DNA from: Alphaproteobacteria bacterium
GTDB lineage: Bacteria > Pseudomonadota > Alphaproteobacteria > UBA828
NCBI GenBank assembly: GCA_963422645.2
Contig: CAXXVO010000011.1
Location: 116,600-180,599, forward strand
DNA: 64,000 nucleotides
Reading direction: 5' to 3'
Shown: piece by piece, positions 9,238 to 16,734 of the stretch
Layout of the letters: each line of letters starts with the position of its first letter
Numbering within the stretch: position 1 is the first letter of the stretch
Notes under the pieces: model-generated
Seen by the model: only the letters and a program-made list of their open reading frames with translations
Told to the model about the DNA's origin: nothing
Database searches by the model: none
Program-made: the position numbers and the translations under genes

Positions 9238-9318
9238 CCTGGGGTTGCGGCGCGTCACCCGAAGGGCCGAAGCGCAGCGGAGGAGCCGCGAAGCGGCTTG
9301 ACGCGCCGCAACCCCAGG
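9238..9318. repeat. Perfect 20-bp inverted repeat enclosing 41 nt
   Basis: CCTGGGGTTGCGGCGCGTCA (9238-9257) pairs with TGACGCGCCGCAACCCCAGG (9299-9318). The enclosed 41 nt contains its own short GC stems, for example AGCCGC ttc GCGGCT when read on the minus strand. Confidence 0.6.
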
Positions 9319-9647
9319 TGCCCGATGCTACATGTAGTGGGTGATGATCCCTTCCAAATGATCAAATACCCGCGCTTTTGCGAGATCGACAACAATGTCG
9401 GATTTACAGTTGCCGCTAACAAGAGAATCTGCGAACCACTTGTCGGTTTGCCAACTAAAGTATGGCTTTCCAGCTCAATGGGATCCCCTGACACACGCAA
9501 GCACTATGCCGGTGCGACCGTTTGGCGATGAGGTCGAGACGGTTCCGAGGTGACCAGCAGTTCTGCATTATACTTGAGCAGTGTCGGCCCGCCCCAGTGG
9601 TTCCAACATCGTCTGAACCAGACTATCCATTTCACCCTTGGACGGTT

Positions 9648-10187
9648 TCAGATCTCAAGCAGCATGTCCAATGTCTGCTCTTCGATGTTCTCCAGCGCAC
9701 CCAAGTCCGCGACGACGGAATAGTCTGCTCGCATGACTACTGCTCGGATTACGAGTGCGTTCGGCAAATTTCCCCGATAGCCTGCTTCCACCCCCGGGAT
9801 GATGGTCCCCTGCCATGGTTCGCCCGATCCTATTCCTACACGCCGATCCACTTCCTGATTCCACACCCCCCTCAGCGTCTCTGCGTCAACAATGTCCTTT
9901 TCGCCGGCCTCACGATCAATCTCCAGCCATACGGAAAGGTCCGCATCGTGGGTCGCACCAAACCACTGCGCCCAGTTATGCCACTGGTTCCATTCGTCCC
10001 TCGCAGATGGTCCGAAGTCAAACAGACTTACCCAACCACGCGCGCTGACGAACGAACCCTTGAATCGGTTTCCCGGAGTGATAAAACCACCCCGCCGAAT
10101 TCCCCGGAACCCGTCCACACTTGTCGCATGCCACAGCCCTCGGTCCAGTACGGCCCAAGCTTCGGGTCCACATCCTCGATCTTCCAC
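9648..10187 (-). CDS. Hypothetical protein (179 aa, Trp-rich), trailing ORF of the defence-like operon
   Basis: GTG start with AGAGGAA 8 nt upstream. Its composition is protein-like (LWHATSVDGFRGIRRGGFITPG, WNQWHNWAQWFG), whereas the antisense 288-aa ORF is Cys/Pro/Ser/Arg-rich junk. No family was recognised. Confidence 0.5.
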   Translation of the reverse strand: MEDRGCGPEAWAVLDRGLWHATSVDGFRGIRRGGFITPGNRFKGSFVSARGWVSLFDFGPSARDEWNQWHNWAQWFGATHDADLSVWLEIDREAGEKDIVDAETLRGVWNQEVDRRVGIGSGEPWQGTIIPGVEAGYRGNLPNALVIRAVVMRADYSVVADLGALENIEEQTLDMLLEI

Positions 10188-10314
10188 AGATTTCGTTCCT
10201 CTACGTCTTCACGAGTAACACCGGAAAAGTTCCAAGGTCATGCAAATCGACGCCATCCTGATCCGCGCCAATGGCAGCTGGGCGCGCTCAGTCGGTTCTG
10301 TGACCAGTCAATAG

Positions 10315-13047
10315 CTACCAGTCAGTCCTCATCAATTGGGCGAAATCACGTCGAGACAGGACTTCCGTGCAGTCACGCCAATCCTTAGCGGAAGGCTCTG
10401 TAGTTGCCTTGTAACGAAGATCGAAGCCGGTGGCCTCCCGCTGCGCGCTAATGTACTCGTCCATCTTCTCTCCCAGTGTTTCAATGTTTTCTATCCACTC
10501 ATCTTTGATCGTGTCCGGCAGGGAACCGAACAAGTTGAAGCGGTCGCGCATGCGTTCTGATAACCGGTCATAAACTTTTTCGTCAACGGTCTTCTCGTTT
10601 ACAAGATTTAGCATATCGACCTTTTCTCGAGCTTGGCCGAACCGCTTGATCCGGCCGATGCGCTGCTCTAAGCGCGTAGGATTCCAGGGCAAATCAATGT
10701 TGATAAGCGTGCTCAATGTTTGGAGGTTGAGACCTTCGCTAGCGGCGTCGGTCGCAACCATGATTTTGATCTCATGTTCGGCGACCATTTTCTTTAGTGT
10801 CTCGCGTTCTATGCTAACACTGTCTCCCTTCTGATAGAGACGAGTGCGGGACGCGCCAGCATACAGACCAATGGCGAGGTTTGGATACCGAAGTGCTAGC
10901 GAGTCCGCCATCCATATCGCTGTGTCAAAGTACTGACTGAAGATGATCACTCCATGGTCTAGCCATTTCTCGCGATTCAAGAAATGAATTGTAGCCTGAA
11001 GCTTTGGATCGCTCTGAATTCGCTCTAAGCGTTCGATGAGACGCTCCAAAGCCATTCTCTCATCCGAGCTCTCAACCGCAAGCTCGATGACTTGTTCTTC
11101 CGTTTCTTCCTCGACGGTGCGACCTGACAGAAGCGTCTTAGCGGTGCTCAGCCCTGCAGCTATGCTGGAGCACATACGTTGCTCCACGAGGTTCTTCATG
11201 AATCCGCTGCCCTTGCCTCTCCGGGAGAGAGCTTTCCCAAAAGCCCGGGCCTCTTGGTACGCTTCCCTGAAATCGTCATTTGTGCGAAGAGCCCTGCCTT
11301 CGAACAAGGCGTCAAAGAGCTGGACATCGCGGATGTACTGCCGGTCAGGGTGCAGATCTACGCCAATCCGTGGCAGTAGACCGGCGTCTTCGAGGTCAGA
11401 TCGCTTGCGCAAAACGATGTGCCGTATGAAGGGATTCTCACGCTGGAAAAAAGCGGCGCCCGACATGTCGCGCTCCAGCTCCTCCTCTAAGATCTCCCGC
11501 GTGTCACCCGACAAATCAAGCAGGGTTGCGCCGCACTCAGTCTGCCTATCCGCAAGACCAAGATCCTGCCGGATGGCACCAAAAAGTCTTCTTGCCTTTG
11601 GTTCATCCGTTGAGTTGACAACTGGCAATGGCGAGCGGAGAAGGTTCCAACCCAAATCGGGTTCCACGACTTGAGTATGCCCAGCAATTAGGGGGAGAAC
11701 CGCATCGGGCTGATGCCACCAAGCGTAGTCGTTTCCAAGAACAAAGTTCCCTTTCCCTTGATGGAGAAGGCGCATAAGATCCCACAAATCTTCCGAGCGC
11801 GTCTGGATTGGGGTGGCAGTTCCTAGAAGCACATGATCGCTTCTCTCTGCGATAGCTCTGGCAAATGCGAGGAGTTCGTTAGGTGTGCCTGCGTCTCGCC
11901 CGAAACCTTGGCGACTTCGCGCCTTGTGCGCTTCATCAAGTATGATAAGACCAAAGCGGAGCCCCAATAAGTGCTGCTTTTCCAAGCTATCGCGCATCAT
12001 CAGGCCAGTTGACACAATACCAATTCGAAGTGGACAGCGTACGATTTGCTCTCGCCCTACCGGAGCAATGGCGCGATCGTCGTGGTCGAGCCAAACCTTC
12101 TTCTGAGTATCCCAGCGCGCGCAAGGAATACCCAACTTGTCGATCATTTCCGTCTGCCACTGTTCGCAGAGTGTTGCAGGTGCAAAAATGACGACAGGTT
12201 TTTGTCCAATGTTTGATTTATCTTGAAGGAGGCATAGGGTGAGAGCTGCGGTGCCCAGCGAAAGGGTTTTTCCAAGGCCAACTTCATCAGCCAACAACAG
12301 TCGAACTATGCCATGATTGGAGTAGTGGCGCAGGCACTCGGTCAGAAAGCCCTGCTGCCAGGGTTGAAGTGAGAAGCCTTCTCGATAAAGCGGAGCCTCG
12401 ATGAGCGCCGCAGGTGCAATGTCTGCGGAATCTTCGATCTCGTCGAATAGGACCTCGCGACGATAGCCACGCCGGTGAACCTCTCGGATGACAGCGCGCG
12501 GCAGCTCCTTGGAAGCATTCCAGAGGAACTCGAACTCTTCCTCGATCCAGACAACGCCTTCTGGCGACGAGTCCTCCCAGAGAATTTCGTAGTGGCGCTG
12601 CCAGCCACTGCTGGTCTCGTTCATCGAACCGATGAATCCGAGCTTTCTCCCATCCTCACACTCAATCACCCCGGCCTTGCCATGGAGGAAGCCGCACACA
12701 TTGTCGGGGGCAACCCGGACCGCCTGGCCGTGCTTCTGAAGAAACGTGTCCAGTCGGCGATACCGCTCTCGGTTCAAGAGCGCTTCCGCCTCAAGCCCGC
12801 GTTCATTCCACCGCCCGATCAACTTGGCTTCTCGGAGCTTCGCGATCCTCAGATCATCAGGGTGAATATCGACATTGCAGACGATCCTTACTTCCGGAAT
12901 GTGGTCCAGCAGTTCGCCGGCCACTTCGAAAAGCGAGCTAGTGAAGTAGCCGGCGATCCGCTTGTAACTGCGAGCACCCTTGAGGTGCTCGAACAGCACC
13001 GTTTGATCCAGACGATGTGTCCGTGAAGAGAACCGACGAATGGCCAT
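10315..13047 (-). CDS. PLD-family nuclease domain fused to an SNF2/SWI2 superfamily-2 helicase
   Basis: N-terminal PLD-like HxK motif FLHGKAGV (12667-12690) followed by GSMNETSSGW. SNF2 motifs are LLADEVGLGKT (motif I) and LIILDEAHKAR (DEAH, ~11926-11937). Helicase-C motifs are ATDAASEGLNLQ and DLPWNPTRLEQRIGRIKRFGQ. Confidence 0.9.
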   Translation of the reverse strand: MAIRRFSSRTHRLDQTVLFEHLKGARSYKRIAGYFTSSLFEVAGELLDHIPEVRIVCNVDIHPDDLRIAKLREAKLIGRWNERGLEAEALLNRERYRRLDTFLQKHGQAVRVAPDNVCGFLHGKAGVIECEDGRKLGFIGSMNETSSGWQRHYEILWEDSSPEGVVWIEEEFEFLWNASKELPRAVIREVHRRGYRREVLFDEIEDSADIAPAALIEAPLYREGFSLQPWQQGFLTECLRHYSNHGIVRLLLADEVGLGKTLSLGTAALTLCLLQDKSNIGQKPVVIFAPATLCEQWQTEMIDKLGIPCARWDTQKKVWLDHDDRAIAPVGREQIVRCPLRIGIVSTGLMMRDSLEKQHLLGLRFGLIILDEAHKARSRQGFGRDAGTPNELLAFARAIAERSDHVLLGTATPIQTRSEDLWDLMRLLHQGKGNFVLGNDYAWWHQPDAVLPLIAGHTQVVEPDLGWNLLRSPLPVVNSTDEPKARRLFGAIRQDLGLADRQTECGATLLDLSGDTREILEEELERDMSGAAFFQRENPFIRHIVLRKRSDLEDAGLLPRIGVDLHPDRQYIRDVQLFDALFEGRALRTNDDFREAYQEARAFGKALSRRGKGSGFMKNLVEQRMCSSIAAGLSTAKTLLSGRTVEEETEEQVIELAVESSDERMALERLIERLERIQSDPKLQATIHFLNREKWLDHGVIIFSQYFDTAIWMADSLALRYPNLAIGLYAGASRTRLYQKGDSVSIERETLKKMVAEHEIKIMVATDAASEGLNLQTLSTLINIDLPWNPTRLEQRIGRIKRFGQAREKVDMLNLVNEKTVDEKVYDRLSERMRDRFNLFGSLPDTIKDEWIENIETLGEKMDEYISAQREATGFDLRYKATTEPSAKDWRDCTEVLSRRDFAQLMRTDW

Positions 13048-13071
13048 GTCGCGGGCCTCTCCCTGAGCGCG

Positions 13072-16000
13072 CTACTGGTTGAACGCGCGGAGGTTCTTGA
13101 TCCGTCCGCCGAGAATCTCGGCTGCGTCCCGCACTTCTTGCTCAGGCGCCCTCCGCTCGATGAACGAGAGCATGTCGATCAGCAGCGGACGCACCTCGAG
13201 GAAATCCGGGAGGTCTTCCTGGATCTGGCTGACGACCACGGACGGTTCCACTTCCGCTAGAAGCTGCTGTAGGCCGATTATCAGCCGTCCGAGCCAAGTC
13301 GGCCCGATCTCCGTGCTGTCCGTCAGGTCGCGGGATGTGAACTCGGTCACGCGCTTCAGGCGAGCGCTGTTCGCCGCCATGTTCCCCATGACATTTCCGT
13401 AGTCAGCAACCCGAAACGCCTTTGCGAAGTTCTGATAGTTGTCGAGCTTGCTGGCGCCCGTCGTTTCCATGTCTATCATGCGGAACAAGAACCGCTGGAT
13501 GCCTGACAGACGGGACCAAGTCTCAGCTTTCAGCCCCTCTGGCACGAGAAGGCTATTGGCCGCCTCAGCCGCCTGCTGGACGATCTCATCGACGACCGTC
13601 TCCTCACCCCGCTGACGCGGACGCAGGGCGAAACTCGTCACGTCCTCTCCACCGATCTGCGTGTAGGACGTCAAGACCTTCAGGGCTGCGGCGAATCCCG
13701 CCATCTGAAGATCGGCGTCGTTGAAAACCGACTCACCGAGCTTGTCCTTCACCTCCTCATTGAGGTGCATCATGCTCTCAATTTGCCGCTCCACTTCGGT
13801 ACGGACGGCTGGGAGGATGCGTTGCTTGAAGCCAGGGCGTTCGCCCGCTGGCCGCTTGCGCAGCATCAGGATGACTGTGCCCTGGACGTAGCCCCCCTTC
13901 TTGAGCTCGGAAGTCGTTTCAGTGGCGATGTACCAGGCCGCTATCACCTGCAGGCCCGCAGCCCAAAAAATGCCGACCATGTCGGACCAGACGCTGGTGT
14001 CCTGATGGGTGAACATCACGCACTGCATGCCGTTGTCCGGCATGTGCTCCGCCATCGCCCGGTAGGCGTCGACCATACCGCGCCTGAAATCGTCGCCAGA
14101 ACCCTTGATCGCAAATGCCCGGCGCGAATCCCAAGTCCAGTCACGGAACTCCTTCGGCGGGTTCCGTCGCAGCCAGGCGATGAAGAATTCCGTGATCTCG
14201 TGGTAGTTCACGGCGTCGGCGTACGGCGGATCGGTCACCCAATATTCGCAGCTGCGCGAAAGCTGATTGGCGGGAGCGGAGACGACCTCCCGTTCGACAT
14301 CGGGCAGTGCCTCCTCCGCCATTCTGAACGACCCCGTGCCGTAGCCTGCCCAAGACCGGGTGGCATAGTTGTAGAAGGTGTTGAGCGCTTGGTTTGAGAA
14401 CACGCCTTTGGGACCTCCGAGCCCGCCCCCTTGTGATGTTGCCCACCGGCACAGTCGTGAGTTGAAGTCGGCCATTTTTGCGACGTTCAGCCATCCAAGC
14501 GGTGCGCCTGGTGACTCCCGCCACGCTTTCAGCGCCAAGGCCTGCAGAAGCAGTTGTCGTGGGTTGAAGAGATGGTGCCAGTAAGTCCAGCCGCGGGTCC
14601 GGATGGGCTCGTCTGTCTTGGCGCCAGGTTCGATCTGCATGTCTGGCGTCAGGCCATCGGCTTGCCAGGCTGCAAGGTTGTCCGCCACGATCTGTTCGAC
14701 CTTGCGTTCCCGCTCCAAGTCGGCCTCGGTCACACTGCGGAAGTAAGTGATCTGCCGCGGCTCGTAGATCGAGTTCTTCGTAATCCATTGGATGGCGTAG
14801 AGCCGCTCCTGGAAGATGTCGTCTTCGCGCGGATCAAAATCAAGCTTCTCCCAACGGCGCAGCCTGTTGGAGGTTGCCCCATCCGGGCCGCGATAATCCC
14901 CGCGAAGGGTCTTCACGGGAGCCCGATAGGTCTTTCCGTCCAGTCCGTAGACGAGGGCGCCGCCGTGGATCGTACCCCTTTCGGCAGCCTTCAGGTCTTT
15001 TGCGGAGACGTTGCTGACCACCTCGATCTCGAAGCGCTTTTTCGAGTGATTGGGTGTCAATTTCGCGATGGCGCCGAGTTTCGGCGAAACGATCCTGCTA
15101 GGCAGCATTGGCACCATCCAGCCGGTCTCCGGGCACCTGGTTTCGAGGCAGTACAGGTACGCTTTGCCGCGGTTCCCCTTATCGTCATGCTCGACTCCGA
15201 GACGGATCAGTTCTTTATCAACCTTTTCAATGACCGTGTTCTGGGCCTCTTCGAACATTGCGCGGCGCTTCTTCGGTGCGCCAATGATGTTTATCGCACC
15301 CCAAGTGAGCATGCAGGCGATCGGGTTTAAATCGGCAGCGTAGGCATCGCAGCCCATTCGCGCGGCTTCAAACGGAATGGAGCCACCACCGGAGAAGGTG
15401 TCGCCAACGCGCGGTCTATGCCCGAAACGCAAGAAGCCAAGCTGTTCGACAAGCTCAGGTAAGGAGCTGGCCTCGATTCCCCATTGCTCATAATGCTCAT
15501 TCACAGCGGGCCAAATCGGAGCGTATAGCCAGTTCTGATCTACCTCTTCCGGACGCTTGCAGAAGCTGGCTTTCTCTTCATAGGTCGCAAATGTCGCAAG
15601 CGCCTGTTCGATTAGCCGGAGTTTCGCATCGTCCAGTAAGTCGCGTGCCCAGCGGAGCGAGATACCTTCTTCATCTGCGTCGAACGGACACTCTAGGTTC
15701 AGCAGCCGGTCATCCTCGAGCAGCTCGTCACGGTCTTTGAAGGTGAAGTAGTCCCAAGGGTTCGACAGCGTGATGCGGGCCGCGATGTGCTTTGGCTTGA
15801 GGACGTTCTGGATGAACGCGCGCCGCGCAAGCCCATGGTCGTCGAACGCCATGAGCTTCTCGAAGATCCCGAGGTCTTTCTCGCTGTCGCCTGTCTGCGG
15901 CAGCAGCGATCCCAGCACCACGGCACGCACCAGGATAAGTGGTTTGCGGCCCTTCCAGTAGGAGCCGAGGCTCGTCAGCGTCTGAGCGGCGACCGCTTTC

Positions 16001-16098
16001 CGCTCCGACTGAGCTTCGAAAGACACCTTCTGCGCGGGGAAGACCGCCTGGATCAGGGCGGGTACATCTTTCAGGGAAACTGAAGTGACTTCGTTCAT
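13072..16098 (-). CDS. DUF1156-type DNA methyltransferase (DPPY, N6-adenine/N4-cytosine class)
   Basis: DUF1156-like N-terminus (LGSYWKGRKPLILVRAVVLGSLLP). AdoMet motif I is DTFSGGGSIPFEAARMGC (15380-15403). The catalytic motif IV is WVTDPPYADAVNY (DPPY at 14221-14232). Confidence 0.9.
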   Translation of the reverse strand: MNEVTSVSLKDVPALIQAVFPAQKVSFEAQSERKAVAAQTLTSLGSYWKGRKPLILVRAVVLGSLLPQTGDSEKDLGIFEKLMAFDDHGLARRAFIQNVLKPKHIAARITLSNPWDYFTFKDRDELLEDDRLLNLECPFDADEEGISLRWARDLLDDAKLRLIEQALATFATYEEKASFCKRPEEVDQNWLYAPIWPAVNEHYEQWGIEASSLPELVEQLGFLRFGHRPRVGDTFSGGGSIPFEAARMGCDAYAADLNPIACMLTWGAINIIGAPKKRRAMFEEAQNTVIEKVDKELIRLGVEHDDKGNRGKAYLYCLETRCPETGWMVPMLPSRIVSPKLGAIAKLTPNHSKKRFEIEVVSNVSAKDLKAAERGTIHGGALVYGLDGKTYRAPVKTLRGDYRGPDGATSNRLRRWEKLDFDPREDDIFQERLYAIQWITKNSIYEPRQITYFRSVTEADLERERKVEQIVADNLAAWQADGLTPDMQIEPGAKTDEPIRTRGWTYWHHLFNPRQLLLQALALKAWRESPGAPLGWLNVAKMADFNSRLCRWATSQGGGLGGPKGVFSNQALNTFYNYATRSWAGYGTGSFRMAEEALPDVEREVVSAPANQLSRSCEYWVTDPPYADAVNYHEITEFFIAWLRRNPPKEFRDWTWDSRRAFAIKGSGDDFRRGMVDAYRAMAEHMPDNGMQCVMFTHQDTSVWSDMVGIFWAAGLQVIAAWYIATETTSELKKGGYVQGTVILMLRKRPAGERPGFKQRILPAVRTEVERQIESMMHLNEEVKDKLGESVFNDADLQMAGFAAALKVLTSYTQIGGEDVTSFALRPRQRGEETVVDEIVQQAAEAANSLLVPEGLKAETWSRLSGIQRFLFRMIDMETTGASKLDNYQNFAKAFRVADYGNVMGNMAANSARLKRVTEFTSRDLTDSTEIGPTWLGRLIIGLQQLLAEVEPSVVVSQIQEDLPDFLEVRPLLIDMLSFIERRAPEQEVRDAAEILGGRIKNLRAFNQ

Positions 16099-16731
16099 TC
16101 AGGTCTCATCATCAAAAAGGTCGAGCGTCGGTCGATCGCTGGCCTTCCCGATTTGTCGTCTGGCGCAGGGCTGCATAGCGTCACTCTGCGCGACATCTCC
16201 CAACGCATGCTTCAGGGCGAGTCGCCAGCCGCGGCCGCCATCTTTCACCGTTCCGGTGGCCATGGCAGTCATGCCGAAGAGCCACCACCGTTCCTCCGGC
16301 CGAAGCGCCAGCCAGTTGCGGACGGCGACAGGGATCTTTTCTATCTCTAGGTCCTCGACCGCCCACGCCAGAACGCAGATCTCCTTGCCGAGCAAACGGT
16401 CGACAGGGTTTTCACCTACTTTCCAGGCAGATGTCCTCAACCCGTGCGCCTTCAGCCGTGCATTGAACGCGCGCTGGACTTCGCTGCGGATGGCAGTCCA
16501 ACGCGGGCGTTCGAGCACGATGCGATCCATGACGGCGAACTCATCGCTGCTGGCTTGCATCCCGAGGTATTCGCTGATCTGGACTTTGCCAGAGTTCGCC
16601 GAAGGAATCCGGACCTTGAAGTGGTGAGGGTCCGAGGTCGCAGGCACGCCAAACCCGAGCGTCGGATTCGCCTCACGGCCGTCCCTGGCGTCCAGGTTCG
16701 TCCTCCTGCCTGCTGTCTGCCCTCTGGACAT
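16099..16731 (-). CDS. Small conserved-operon protein, probably DUF3780 family (210 aa)
   Basis: The ORF abuts the methyltransferase start with no gap and begins 3 nt after the ATPase stop. The DUF3780 assignment rests on its position in DUF499/DUF1156 clusters as I remember them, not on a recognised motif. Confidence 0.65.
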   Translation of the reverse strand: MSRGQTAGRRTNLDARDGREANPTLGFGVPATSDPHHFKVRIPSANSGKVQISEYLGMQASSDEFAVMDRIVLERPRWTAIRSEVQRAFNARLKAHGLRTSAWKVGENPVDRLLGKEICVLAWAVEDLEIEKIPVAVRNWLALRPEERWWLFGMTAMATGTVKDGGRGWRLALKHALGDVAQSDAMQPCARRQIGKASDRPTLDLFDDET

Positions 16732-16734
16732 GCC

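Noticed and set aside
9330-9647. Possible extra gene between the 179-aa ORF and the hairpins. One minus-strand frame reads ...KPYFSWQTDKWFADSLVSGNCKSDIVVDLAKARVFDHLEGIITHYM-stop.
   Set aside because: That frame is only ~47 codons long and is preceded directly by a stop with no start codon. The other frames give peptides of 40 aa or less, or the implausible 81-aa ORF 9255-9500. It may be a gene remnant, but the sequence alone does not support it.
9522-10388. 288-aa plus-strand ORF covering the region of the 179-aa minus-strand ORF.
   Set aside because: Its translation is rich in Cys/Pro/Ser/Arg with no secondary-structure-like periodicity. It also runs against the orientation of the operon. 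The minus-strand ORF has the more protein-like composition and a ribosome-binding site.
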